A stretch of DNA of 64,000 nt from the human T2T-CHM13v2.0 reference genome, Homo sapiens: NCBI RefSeq assembly GCF_009914755.1, contig NC_060927.1, one strand, 5' to 3'. The notes under the pieces are model-generated. The model was not told the origin of the DNA and searched no databases. It was given only the letters and a program-made list of their open reading frames with translations. Positions 1 through 12,469 of this stretch are shown one piece after another. The stretch's first letter is position 1, and each line of letters begins with the position of its first letter. The translations under genes and the position numbers were made by a program.

Positions 1-328
1 CCCCTGTCGCTCCCAGTAGTCTATATCCGGCAGAAAGGAAGCCACCCCTTAGTCATTCCCTAGCAATCAAAGGGTATGTGATTCCTGCTTACAGCAGGTG
101 CTTAATTACTTCAAAAGTGCCCCCAGAACAACAGTGCCATGCACAGGCCACCTCTGAGCCTGGTCCATGCTGTTTTGAGGTGTCACAGAGCTCAGCCCCA
201 GCCAGCATTGGGAGTGGTCAGGACCAGCTGTCACGTTCCCCAGGAGAAAAGCATTACCATTCCACTAAATCAGCATCAGCTTCATGAAGACACAAGCAGG
301 GTCTCTTGATCGTCCAAGCCCGTGCTAG

Positions 329-455
329 GTGTCTTAGATGGGGTTCCCCCAGAGGCAGATCCTGAGACCAGGATTCAAGTGCAAGTCGCTTATAAGGGAG
401 CCCAGGTAGCACCAGGTGGGAATGGGAACTGAGACAAGGAAGGGAAGGAAACCAG
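329..455 (-). mobile_element. ERVL LTR fragment (LTR33-like)
   Basis: TGTCTTAGATGGGGTTCCCCCAGAGGCAGATCCTGAGACCAGGATTCAAGTGCAAGT resembles the reverse-complemented 3' end of LTR33-type LTRs. Confidence 0.6.
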
Positions 456-472
456 TGCTGTGCGGCCTCAAC

Positions 473-595
473 CAAGTCACCTAAGCTCTTTGAGCTTTGT
501 CTCCTCAGTAAAACAGAGTGCAGTTATACCTCCCTGAGAGGATTGGTGTGAGGATCAAGGGAAGTGCCTGGCAAAAACAAGGTAAGTCCAAACGG
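473..595 (+). mobile_element. MIR SINE fragment
   Basis: Degenerate MIR core (AAGTCACCTAAGCTCTTTGAGC...GTAAAAC...GTGAGGATCAA). Confidence 0.55.
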
Positions 596-1119
596 TTGGA
601 GTGACATAGGGGCCCCCAGGCATCCAGGATTGGCCAAGGCCCATAGAGAAGGACCTACCTGCACGCATGTTTACAAGCCCCAGGTTGCTGACCCACTGCC
701 AGGGCTGTCTTCAGCCCTGTCAGTCCCCAGCACCCCTGCTATGGACTCTTCCAGCCCTGCTTCTCAGGCTCTGCCCTGTGGCTCCAGGCTGGCCCAAGCA
801 CGTGACCTTCCTTTGCGACCCCTGGAGCCCCTAAGTGCCACCCAGTAGATAGCTGGGGTGGGCAGGGCTTTTCCTTTGAGCCCTGCTGGCCTCTTAAGGC
901 CCCACATGGGTAAAGGTTCACCAGTCCATACCACCCAAACTGGAAGTACCCCAGGAGCCCCACCCCACTCCTCCTGGCAGACAGGCTGAACTCACCTAAG
1001 TGGGCACAGACAAGAGCCCAGCTGGCTTTTGGCACAGGCCCACACCAGGGGGGACTGGAATTCCTGGGACTGCTGAGACCTGGGCCATCAGAGAGCGGAT
1101 GCTGGCTCCATCCCTTGCC

Positions 1120-1283
1120 AGTTGTCCTGTAACCTTGGGAAACTTCCCCTAGCCCATCTGGGGTCCCTTGAAATCTCTATAAAATGGGCCTAAGAGCAGT
1201 GTCTGCCCCTTGGGTTGTGAGGGGGCAACTGGGGTCACCCATGTGAAGGGTCCGAGCCCGAGGTAAGTGCTTACTAAATGCTG
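1120..1283 (+). mobile_element. MIR SINE fragment
   Basis: TGTAACCTTGGG...CTATAAAATGGG...GGTTGTGAGG...GTAAGTGCTTACTAAATG. Confidence 0.6.
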
Positions 1284-1654
1284 CAACACTAGACTGAAAG
1301 GAGCAGCCAGGGGTCCAGGCTGCAGGGGCAGAGGGGTGCAGGTTGCAGGGGCTGAGGGGTGCAGGTGCAGGTGTCTCCAAGAGAAAGTGAGGATGTCCCC
1401 GAGGCCAACTTCACCAGCAGGAATATGGGACCCCTGCTCAGCAGGACTCAGGGTGGTGTCCTTATACCCATGATGCTCCAAGTCAACTGATGACAGGACC
1501 CAACCAGGGGCACAGCCAGTAACCAGATGACAAGGGCTGAGGAAGCAGGATGGGGTCCAGGGCCCACACAGGCCTGGCCTCCCAGATACATTCTTCCAGT
1601 AATACTGTTAGAAGTGATATACATCTGGCATTTCTAGTCCTTTACATAATGGCC

Positions 1655-1775
1655 TCACTAGTCATCCAACACCCCCACAAGGTAGAGCCTAGTATCAGCC
1701 CCACATTCCAGATAAGGAAACTGAGGCACAGAGAGGCTCCTGCCTCATCCAGGCAATGGAGGGGATTCATCCCAG
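1655..1775 (-). mobile_element. MIR SINE fragment
   Basis: CAGATAAGGAAACTGAGGCACAGAGAGG, the MIR core in reverse. Confidence 0.7.
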
Positions 1776-2889
1776 CGAGCCCGGCGCCAGCCTGGCTCCC
1801 ATCCACTGCTTTAGAGCCCCTTGTCTTCAGGCACAGAGGTGAGAGTGCTGGTGGGAGTTCCTAGAGATGGAGGGCCAGTGGAGCCAGCCACTCCTGGGAA
1901 GAACCTCCCACTGCCTCGACCCAGGCCCACTGCAGGTGCCACCTCCTCCCTGATCCCCCAACCAGGCATGTTCTCCTCCCATCCCCAGGCACTTTCTTCT
2001 GCCCTCGTCTTTCCCTGACCTGCACTCTCACCTAAGCCAACTCTCCCTGCCTGATCTGGGTCCCTGAATTTGGGCACGGGGCATGGGGGTCCCTGGCCAG
2101 GGAGGGCAGAGGAGGGAATCATAAGTGCCATCCACCTCCCCTTCCTCCTGCAGCTTGCCTGGCCCAGACTCCCTTAACTAGCTCTGGCTTCAAACCTAGG
2201 CTCTCCCAGCCCCACCCCCGCTCGCCTGCTGCAGGCAGGCCTGGCCGCCCTGATGCAATGGGGGCGGTGGCAGCTGGGGGCGGACTGCTTCCTTCCAGGG
2301 CTGCGGCTTCCACATCAAACCCATGCTCATTAAGAAGCACGGCGAGTGCCAGGGTGACATCTTTATTCACGCGCCCAGAGACTTCAAAGCCTTCAGGAGA
2401 TCTCCTCGGTGGATTAGACATGAAAAATGTTGGAGATGAGATGGAGCAAAGAAGCAGACAGCCGCTCTGGATGTTAATTAGGCAGGGGGTGGGGGCCGCC
2501 TCCAGTCCAGGGTGGGTTCCTCTGGGGCAGAAGGGCCCAGACCACCAGAGGCTCTCTGTGGCTACAATCCCAGGTCACCTGGAGGCTAGAACCTCCCAAG
2601 CTGCAGGCCAGGTCCCTGGATGTGGGCGAGCTGGACCCAACAGGAGAACTTGCTCTGCAGTGAACATGACTGGGTGACCCCAGCATCCCCATTAGGGAGA
2701 AGCTTCAGCTTCACTGCTGCCCACAAATGTAGACCAAGTCCTGCATGGACTGCTCTGTGCGGGCTGCTGCCAAGAAGGCGGAGAGGAAGGGGACATCCCA
2801 GGATCTCAGTCTTGGGAGGCAGGTGGGAGTAGTTGCGAGTCTCTGTGGTCAGTTCCGAGAAGGAGGCAGGTCCAGGAGGCTGTGGGAGC

Positions 2890-3490
2890 CAGAAGAGGTA
2901 GTCCAGGAAAGCTTAGATGGGGAAGAGGGGCAGACCACCAGAAATGAGAAGGGAATTCCTAGCAGAAGAAATGACACAAGCAAAGGCTGGAGGGGTCGAC
3001 ATGGAAGGCAAAGCCATTCTCTGTCAGGAGTGTCACAAGCAGGGCTGGGTGCAGGTTGAGATGGAGCAGGACGAGGAAGCAGGGGTGGTCTTGAATAGGT
3101 GGCAACATGGTTACAGTTAGGGTTTGGGGAATGTTTTGGTGGCACAGGTGGGAGCTGAATGTGGGGGCCAGAGGTCTGGAGAGTGATTGATTGTCACAGT
3201 CAGGAGCATGGCTGTGGTCCAGGTAGAGGGTGACGACTTGAAACAAGAGGTAGCCACAGGAATATGGAGGAGGCAGGAGAGAGAATGGCAAACACCAGGT
3301 GAGTGATGGAGAGGGACCAGGGACAAGTCACAGATCAGATTCAGATTCTTGGCCCCTGTGACCAGGTAGAACCTGGGGCTCTCCCCAAGGTGAGAACACA
3401 GAGGAGAAGCAGGTGTAGGGGAGGGTGCTGGGCTCAGTATGGAGCCTGCTGGGTTTGAGGTGCCTCCAGGACACCTGGTGAGAGGGTCAA
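2890..3490 (-). mobile_element. L2 LINE fragment
   Basis: ATTCCTAGCAGAAGAAATGACACAAGCAAAGGC and TTTGAGGTGCCT motifs typical of reverse L2 3' region. Confidence 0.55.
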
Positions 3491-4589
3491 AGGTGGGAGA
3501 AGCTTTTGAGCCAGAGCTCAGGGGAGGCATGGGAAAAAGGGAGCAGCCCACCACCCACTCAACCAAGATGAATTGATGCCATGTTGGGCAGGGGCAGGCT
3601 CTTGCCAGACATTATGTCTCCAAAAGGATTGTCTCAGCCTGGGAGGGGCTGAGAAAGGGAAAGGAGAGGACCCAGGCCTGGGGGCATCGGGGGCCTGACC
3701 CCACCCAGGAGCAGAGTGAGGGGCCTGGGGAAGGACTACCCTTGGGCTGAGGTGACACAGGGGCTCTATGTCCTGGCAGAGCAGGGGCACCCTCTGCTTT
3801 AACAGCAGAGATGTAGACAGGCCTCTCTGCCCCCACCATGATCCTGACCCAGGGCCATGGGAGGACAGGCACTCAGGCCAGAAGATGAGACTCTGGCTGC
3901 CCCCACAGATGTTTCCCAAAACATTTCAGAGGAAAACCTGCTGTCTCAGAGGGCAACTGAGAAACAAATTTCTTTGGGCTTTCTTATGCCTGCTAGATGA
4001 GGGGAAGAAAAGGTTTCATAAATGAGCTTTCCCTCCCCCACCAGGGTGGGAAGGGGAAAATGGAGCTATTGATTGGCCCATTTAGAGTGTCGACTTTGAT
4101 TTGGTGTGTGTCACCTGGGCGACTAATTGGAGACGCGCAGCTTCTGATCAGGGGGCGGCTTGGGGCCTCCTGGCAGGTGATGTGGAATTGGTGCCGCCAT
4201 CATCCTGTCTGCCTTCCTGGCCTCATGGCACCACTCAAGGACAGGACCATAGTGGCAGGATCACTGGCTTTGCTCACGTTTAGGCTGTGTGTCGCCTAAC
4301 CATCCCCCCTGCACACACTGAAAAGATGGGAACTGGAAGCAAACTACTGCACTGTTCTTGTTGGGGGCCAGGAAAGAGACACTTCCCCCGAGTCCTGTGG
4401 GGACCCCACACTGCCAGTGCTTGGCATAGCCCCACACCCTGCCTCCACCCTGTCTGAGCTGCTCCTGTGCCAGAGCAGCTGTGGTTCTGCAGGCACCCAT
4501 TCCCCCATCTGGAAACAGCTCAGCATCCCCCAGGGGAGTTACCCCGACCCCTCAGTCCAGTATCTCAAGTGAGCTGATGGACCCAGGCT

Positions 4590-5375
4590 CTTGGTTGATC
4601 AGATGACCCGGGCCTGGCCAATAAAAATGCTGCATTTCTCCGGCCACAGCGATTGGTTCAGGAGGGGTTATGTAGCCCAGGCAGAGCCAATCAGAGGCAA
4701 GGAGTATCACGTTTTAGATTTTGCAGCACTTTTGGGAAAGAGGCAGGTCGTTCTTTTCATGGCGGGGGGGTGGTCACTGAGCTCGTAGGACGTTGACAAG
4801 GAGCTCATCAGGGTTTGCAGTAGCTTGGGTGCCCTGGGAAGTAGACTCTCGACATTGCCACAGATTTTAGCAAGCAGAGCATTCATTAAAGGGGGCCTGG
4901 GGATGACCCCTGTGGAAGGCGGGAGAAGGAAGTGGAGGAGGTAGAAGGAGAAGTGACAGCCTCAGCCACCCTACAAGGACCTCTGGGGCTAGTACCGAGG
5001 TGGGCTGAGATGACCAAGGCTTTTTATCCTCACATCCATCAGTCACTGGGTCTGGGCCACCAAGAAAAAGGATGTGGCCTTAGCCAAGGCAGTTCTCTCT
5101 AGCCAGAGCAATCCTTGGAGGACCAGGAACTGTCTGCTGACAGCCCTTCCAGCTGGGAGGAGTCTGTGCAGTGTGTCCCAGGCCGTCTTTGTTACCACTA
5201 GGGGAGATATGAATGAACGAATGAAGAATGAAAACTCTGAAAAAAACAGAGCTAAGAAATAAAGCCATATTGAGTCTTGAAGACTTTGCAGTGCCTGACC
5301 CATTCCCATAACTTCTTGCTTCAACCAGTTTGAGCTGGACTTCTGTCTCTTGCAACCAAGAGAGTTGACCAACAG
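4590..5375 (+). mobile_element. MLT1K/L-like MaLR LTR split by an LTR16
   Basis: 5' part GGCCACAGCGATTGGTTCAGG...GAGCCAATCAGAG (4640-4700); 3' end CCAGTTTGAGCTGGACTTCTGTCTCTTGCAACCAAGAGAG (5325-5372). Confidence 0.6.
4822..5160 (-). mobile_element. LTR16-family ERVL LTR
   Basis: GGGTGCCCTGGGAAGTAGACTCT...CCTGTGGAAGG...GCCTCAGCC...GGCCTTAGCCAAGGCAGTTCTCT matches LTR16A/C in reverse. Confidence 0.65.
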
Positions 5376-8029
5376 AGCCTTACCAAGGGTGGGCATTCAG
5401 TCCAGGTTTGGCCAAATTAGTCGCTTCAGGGTCTAACATGGGAAGGCCTTGTGGTGACAAGAGCTGGGGAGAAAAGGTCTAAGGGGTCAGAAGGGAGCCC
5501 TGGAGCTCACATCAGAGGCCAACACGGGACACAGCCAGGGCATCAGAAGTGAGCTGCCAGGGAGGTGTGAGGGGGAGGCAGACCAAGAAGGAAAGTGGGG
5601 GATAGAGGAAGGTCTGCAGGTGCCCACCATCCCCAGCCTCTCAATGCCTAGTGGGGAGCACTGGGTGACACTGATACTGATTAATGAGAGCCTCCTGGCC
5701 ACAGGGCTCAGTTCATGGGTGGGCAGGTGACCCTAGCAGGACCAATTAGAGTCAAAGCGCCTCAGGCCCAAGCATTCTACCAGAGTTAATGTCTCCAGAC
5801 CGGTCCCAGTGTGCGCCTTCCTCTCACCCCCACCATGTGGTTATCACCACATCCCCTCCCCTGTAGGTCCCCTCTCCAGCCCAGCTGGAAGCAGGCCGGT
5901 GCTGTTGAACCTCAAGCCTTGCGCCCTTTGGGCCAGACCTTCCTGGCTCGCAAAATCTCCTTGGGAGCAAGGCCAGGTCTCCAGTCATCTCTGATTGCTC
6001 TGCCACCTGCCCCTTTCCAGTGGACTCAGCCCATCTGATTCACACTGAACACACATTTGTTTAGCAGAGAGTGTCAGACAGAGGTGGGGACTGGGGGAGG
6101 CAGGGAGAGAAAAGGGAAATTCAATGACAGAAACACACAAATGAAAACAAAGTCCAGCTGAAAATGCTGAGTATGTCCTCGAGGCTCTCAGAATTCCCAG
6201 CCTTGTGGCTCAAAATTGAGGGAGGGAGGAAAGAGACAGGCAGGGAGGGAAGGAAATGCCAGCTGCCCTTTTCCCAATGACTTTATATGCCCCCAACTTC
6301 ATGACAGGAACTTGCCACTGCATTATCTCAAATGGCCGCCCAGCAAACCTTCATGGAAGGACAGATGAGGAGACCAAGGCCTGGGCAGTGGCAGAGTGTC
6401 CGGCCTTTACATCTAGGTGCTATTTCTACTCACACCGAAGAATGGGGTGTGTGTTTGGGGTGAAGGTATACCAGGAGGGGAGAGCAATAAATCCGTAAGA
6501 ACAATTAAGTGATTCCCAGAATGAATGTCCAAAAGTATGGATTATCCTAGTTGAAAGGACCCCCAAGCCACAGACTCTGGACCCTGCTTTGCAGATAGGT
6601 AACTGAGCTCCCAAGCTATCCCTATGTCCTCAAATAAGTGACAGGACCAGGAATAGGATTGGGGTCTCCCCGTTGGGTCTCCCAATCACCAGCCTGAGGC
6701 TCTAGACATGCCTGTGAGCTTCTCCTCATTCCGGAGACCCCAGCGCCCCTCCCCAGGTCAGTGAGGGAAGAGAAGAGTCCACAGAGGGCCCCACTGTCTG
6801 AGCGTGGAGCTGCCTTCCCTTTGTTTAAGCCCATTGTCTTTTGTAATTAGAAAATAAATTACTTTTTCTCAAAGAAGCATGCCTGGTTCTAGCTCCATGG
6901 ATAAGAGGGATAAGAGGCAGGGTGCATCCGTGGCCTGACAGGTGGAGAGCTGGCACCCTATCAGCCCATCCCGGCACTAAGGCCTATGGAAAAGAGGGGG
7001 TAGGGGAGGGGGAAGCTGGTGGGAAGGAGGCAGGCAGAGGAGGAGGGGGCCAGGAGTTTGACTAACGCAGACCCTTTGTGTCTGCAGCACCAGTCCAGCA
7101 GCCAAGAAAACAGAATCCAAATAGTTTTTGAAAGAGGGTCCCTCGGGTTCTTACTCCAGATGGGGAATGGGTTTTAAGGTGGCCCTACTGCACTGTCCCA
7201 CCACGTGTGTGCGTTGACAGCATCCAATCCCAGTGTAGTTGTCTGGCTGGAGCCTGCCGGGCCAGGGCCCCCACTGAGGAAGAGCTGGGCTCCAGCTCCT
7301 GCCCTGCCCTGCCCTCCTCCTGTGCTCACTCCGTTCCGCCCCTCGGCCTCCATGCTCACCCTCAGCACCCCCACCCTAAGGCCTTCGCCTGCTGCCTAAA
7401 GGTGTCCTCAGCCAACCTGGCCGCCCTCCCGAAGGTCTCTGCCCACCCCGTCCTTCCGTGACCTCCCACCCTGCCCTGCATCTCATTACACCTGCCTGCT
7501 TTTTTCCTCCAGAGCTCTATCCCCTTCTCTCACTCTATCAAACTTGTTCTTTTCTGTCTCTACCTCCCCATGGATGGGGGTTCACAGTCCTCACAGCAGA
7601 ACTGGGGCGGCCTCGGTGGGGCAGGTATAGAATGAAGCTGTCCAGGCCTGCAGGCACCCTGTCCACGGAGGCCTCGGCCTTGGAGAGAGGCTTGTCTTCC
7701 CAGCCATCCAACTGGGTTTTTTGAGGGTTTATTTCCCTGTGTCATGCCCATCCACTTCACTGTTTGTTCCCAGCACTGCAGTTATGAAGCAGAGTTGAGC
7801 AGAGAGCAGGGCCCAGGGCTCCTTTGAGGCTGGCATGACAGAGATGGCTGGCATTGGGGAGAGATCCTTAAGGCCAGGAATCTTGGAGGACAGGGCCCCA
7901 CCCCATTCCTTCATGGAGATTCTCCACTGCATCAGCTGCAGAGCTGAGTTGTGTCTGGTTTAAGGAAAGCGCCCTTAGGGGCTGGTGCAGGGTCCCCAGT
8001 GCTCCCTGGCTTACACCTGTGACCTTATG

Positions 8030-8350
8030 CCGAGAATTTACCTTGACCAATGAGTGCCACCTGGTGGAGACACCTGGGAGGTTACGCCCACCCTCCCATC
8101 CACCCCCGGAGGTGGAGAGCAAAGCTGGCTGTTCTGACTGAGCAGAGCACAGGAGCCCAGGCCCCTGGCCTCAGGGCAGGACAGAGCCAATGAGATTTGT
8201 TCTCCAGAACGCTTCCCCGCCCCAATCCCAGCGGGCCCCACTTGAGACCACATTCTTGCTCGGCACATTCACTTCCCTCCACTTACAGGGGTCCCCTGAG
8301 AGCTCCCTCAATAAACCAGGCTCAGGCCCTGCCTCTAAGGGGGCAGCCTA
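8030..8350 (+). mobile_element. LTR16B/LTR41-like ERVL LTR
   Basis: 3' end TGAGACCACATTCTTGCT...CTGAGAGCTCCCTCAATAAA...CTCAGGCCCTGCCTCTA. Confidence 0.6.
8052..8070 (-). promoter_or_regulatory. CTCF motif
   Basis: Reverse strand reads TCTCCACCAGGTGGCACTC, close to the CTCF core CCACCAGGGGGCGC. Confidence 0.55.
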
Positions 8351-8859
8351 AGCTGGTGAGGGTGTGAACACCACCCGGACCCTCTCCCAGGCCCGGGGAA
8401 TAACAAGCAGGAGTGTGGGAATGTCAGTTGGCAGAGCCTGAGCCAGGGAGGGCCAGGATGAGAAGGCAGGGCTGGAGGTCCCCACACAGGAGGGACCTGA
8501 GCCAGGACCAGAAGGTCAACCAGGGGCCCCAGCAATTTCTAGCCCACACAGGGCTGTGTCAGAGTCCAAGGGTCAGATCTGAGGACCTGGGCAGGATTTA
8601 GCTTCAGCACTTATTGCTGGTGGAAGCTTTGCCACAAGCTAAGAACTCAAGCCACCAGTGAGATCTTCTGAGAGACAATTACTATTCAGACCCTAAGGCC
8701 TTGGCCCTGCTGGGACTCCTGAGTCCCCACTATTAGAAAGGGCCTCAGGTGTCCCCAGCATCTGTTGTTGGAATTGTACGAAACTAAAATTGCTATGCAA
8801 AGCTGCCAGGATTGCTGAATAATAAAGTGAGCTTGGAAGTAGTCCAATGACTAATTTCT

Positions 8860-9610
8860 TTAATATATAAAGAGTTTCTACAAATCACTAAAAAACACAA
8901 TGGAAACTTTGTTAGAAAAAAATAGGCAAATGTTAGGAGTAGGAAATACAAAGTTTTCAACTATATTAGATGTTTATTATCACTTAAAATAACATATCAC
9001 AAATGCAACAAGATGCCATTTTCATCTATTAGATTGATGAATATCAGAAGATTGGATAATATACTGTCCAGTGAGGATGCACATGAGCAGACCTTGCACC
9101 CTCCAGGTGGGGTGACATTTCTATCCACTTACAAACACACTTGCCCTTGACCCAGCATCACTTCCGAAAGTTCACCACAGGTGTACCAGGACTCGAGGAT
9201 TGAGGTGTGTGTACAGCGTGGTGGTGCAGCAGGACAGAGGACAGAGAAATGATCTCAGTGTCCTTCAACAGGGACTGGTCACATGGACACAGCACATCCA
9301 TATGGCGAGGTCCACTGCAGCCACTTTAAAAAGAAGGAAGCAGATCTGTACATGCTGATGTGGATAACCCACATGCAGACCATGAAGATCAAAAGGCAAG
9401 CGGCAGAGTGCTCTGTATGACATGCTACTATTCGTGTGTGGGTGTGTGTGTGTGCACGTGTGTAAAATATATCTAGAGTGATGCTCATGAAACTGACAAG
9501 AGCCATTGGCTCTGGGAAAGGAAGCTGGGCGTCGGGGTGGGAGAGACACGGAGTTCTCACTGTATTTTGATTCTTGTTTCTAAGATCTTTTCAAGAAACA
9601 AAGTTTAAAG
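8860..9610 (+). mobile_element. L1ME (L1ME4-like) 3' end
   Basis: ATATATAAAGAGTTTCTACAAATCA, TGACCCAGCA, TGTCCTTCAACAGGGACTGG, AAAAAGAAGGAAGCAGATCTGTA. Confidence 0.7.
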
Positions 9611-10039
9611 CTAAACTTCAAACAGATGTCTATCTGAGACTCAGGGGAGGGGAAGAAAACAGGAGGAGCCGAGCTAGAAGGGCCCTGGGCCTGATTCAGC
9701 AGGAGGGACTAGCAGGGAGCCCCCAGGATGTTCCTGGGGAGAGGGTGGGGAAGGAAGGGACTAGGGAAAGGGGCCCTAACCACAGGGGCAGAGTGAGTTG
9801 GGGTGCCTGTGGGAGGCATGTTGGGGGGACACAACCACTCACAGGGTCCCTTCTGGATGGAACCAGATGCATTTGCCAGGGGCCAGGTCCACTGGGGTCA
9901 GGGTGGGTAGAGGTAGACTGGCCCATCTGCTTATTAGACTTCAAGAGCTGATTCCCTGGCGGGGAGCTGAGGAGCAACTTGGAAGGATCCCCAGAGTGGG
10001 GCTGATAGAGAAACCTGGGGTTTTGAACCCACCCCAAGG

Positions 10040-10046
<7 letters not shown>

Positions 10047-10080
<34 letters not shown>

Positions 10081-10146
10081 CCTACTTAAAGCTCCTCAAG
10101 GCTTCCCATCACTCACACACACACACACACAAAAAAAAAACAAAAA
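10047..10146. repeat. Two (CA)n microsatellites plus A-run
   Basis: (CA)n at 10047-10079 and 10114-10130, followed by poly-A. Confidence 0.95.
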
Positions 10147-10509
10147 CCGTTCCCATAGTCCACAGGAACCCATAAGGCCCAGCCCCATCTGCAGCTGCAC
10201 CCCACGCCCACCCCATGGGCACACCCGGGAGCCCTAGCCTCTGACCCACCAAGCCCCACCCACCATGGGCTTTGGTAAGAAGGTTGCTCCTAGGATGTTC
10301 CTTCTTCCCTCACCCACTCCACCCACCACCTACCTCGTGAACTCCTCTTTGTCCTTGGAGGGAAGCTGGGCTACTGCTTCCTTGGGAAGCCATCTCGCTT
10401 TCATCAGGGTCTCGAAGTCAGTGCTTCTGGCAGCTGTCTGTGCAGTTATTTGATTGATACCTGTCTCCTCACATAAGACTACCAGCTCCAAGAGCACAGG
10501 AAGCACTTC

Positions 10510-11160
10510 CTTTTATTTTATTTCACTTTATTTTATATTTTATTTTATTTCATTTTATAAGTCTACCACGCTTAGAGACACACGCACAAGCCCTCAGTGC
10601 ACAGCTCACTGAATTCCCACACAGTGCGCACACCTGCATAAGGGGTGCCTAGGTCAAGACATGAAACCCAGCCATTTCCCAGCAACATGCCATGTCACCC
10701 TCCCACTGAAGGGGGACCACTAGCCTGACTTCCAACAGTCTAGCTCCATTTTGCTGGTTTTGAGTTGTATGTACATAGAATCATATCTCTGTGATCTTCT
10801 GTTGGACAGATGCCCGGACCTGTGAGACCCAATGGTGGTGTTGCCTGTGACTGCCCCTGCTTCTTCTCATGCTATGTCATGCCCCACAGGGGGATTTCCC
10901 ACATTTATCTATTTAGTCTATGTCAAGGGACATGTGAGTTGTTTCTGGTTGGGGTTGTTTGAATAACACCACTATGTGCATTCTTGTACATGTCTTTTGG
11001 AAAACATATGTGGACATTTCTGCTTCACGTAGACTCAAGCATGGAATCACTAGGCCAGAGGATAAAAGTGTGTTCACCCTTCAACAGTGGACTGCCAAGC
11101 AGTTTTCCAACATGGCTGTTCCAATTCTCTGCCCTGCTGCCCGTACTTGATGGGGCTTAT
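10510..11160 (-). mobile_element. L1ME 3' end
   Basis: T-rich tail then GTGCACAGCTCACTGAATT, CTGACTTCCAACA, GCATTCTTGTACATGTCTTTTGG. Confidence 0.7.
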
Positions 11161-11269
11161 CATTGTCACAGCAGTCGTTCTGACACAGACCACATCTGGT
11201 TTATTCATTCTTTATCTCCGTGCCTAGTGCAGTGCCTGATGCCACATAGTAGACGCTTTAAAAGAGTAG

Positions 11270-11432
11270 GAAAGAGGAATGGAGGGAGAGAAGGAGAAAA
11301 GAGGCAAGTGAGGAAGGAAGGGAGAGAAGAGGAGGAAGGTGGGAAGGGGAGGGGGAAGGGAAGGAGGGAAAGGGAAAGGAGGAAGGAGAGAAGGGAGGAA
11401 GGAGGGAAGGAGGGAAAGAGGGAAGGGAGAAA
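11270..11432. repeat. GA-rich polypurine low-complexity tract
   Basis: Nearly pure A/G run (GGAA/GGGA units) after an L2 tail at ~11195-11260. Confidence 0.9.
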
Positions 11433-12124
11433 AGTAGGGCCTGTCTCCCACAACTGGTGTGATTCTGGCTTTAAGTCCTGCAGCAGCTGAAGCAAACATG
11501 AAGCCAGAGGGCTCCTTGGATCCAGCAGGAATTATCTCAGCCCCGGAGACAGCCCCTCGAGCAGAGATCAGAAGTCTAGAACAACACAGGTGCTTCGATC
11601 TGCCTCTGCTAAGATGGAAACTTTCCTGGAGGTTTGGCAGGAGGTAGACACCTCCAGACTAGCGCAGCTTCACTGGAAAGGAGAGACGTCATGAAGATGA
11701 AGAGAAATAGCCTGAAACAGCATGTTTCAGCAAGGAATCAAAGGCAGAGAGAGCATGGAAGGTGCCTGGCGACACCACGCTGGTGCAGGGTGAGACGAGG
11801 AGCTGCCGGGGGCAGCTGGTGGGCCCGAGGGAGCCTTCTCCTGAGGTTAGGAGGGCGCAGGATGACAGAGCCTGATGGAGAGTTCAGAAGGGGAGGATGT
11901 GGCTCAGGCCTCCATGTCAAGTGGACGAAGCATGAGAAAGGGAATGTAACAGTGGGGAGGACTCTGTGTGCACGCGTGTGCATGTGCATGTATGTGTGTG
12001 TGTTTAATTTAAACTTGAACAAAGGAAAGCAGGGATGGCAGCGCTAACATCAGACGAAGCCAACACAGTAAGTGTGGTCCAGGGGCTCACTGTATCATGA
12101 CACCAACAAACACTAAAACAGCAG

Positions 12125-12330
12125 CACCAGTATTCAGCTCTCGAGCATTTTCTGCGAGCCAGGCACTGTGCTTCCTGTGCCCCACGCGTGCGCTTATCTC
12201 CTGACAAGAGCCTCCTCAGTGAACATGGCTCCAAGCCCCATTGTAGAGACGAGGAAACTGAGGCAGGGAAGCTCCACAGCGGCCCTGAGTGGGACGGGAG
12301 GCCCCAGCAGCCCAGCTCCAGAGGCCACAC
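12125..12330 (-). mobile_element. MIR SINE
   Basis: GCCAGGCACTGTGC...CCCCATTGTAGAGACGAGGAAACTGAGGCA. Confidence 0.7.
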
Positions 12331-12469
12331 TCAGGTCATCAAAGAAAGGCTCAGTGAATCCTGATGTTCCTTTTCCTCACACTTTCATAGACCAAACCAC
12401 AAAACTCATTTTTAAATGTTAGAGATAAAAGGAGAGAAGACATGACATTTTAATTCACTAATACTCATT

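Noticed and set aside
6899-6916. Tandem GATA sites
   Set aside because: GGATAA deviates from WGATAR and nothing else supports it.
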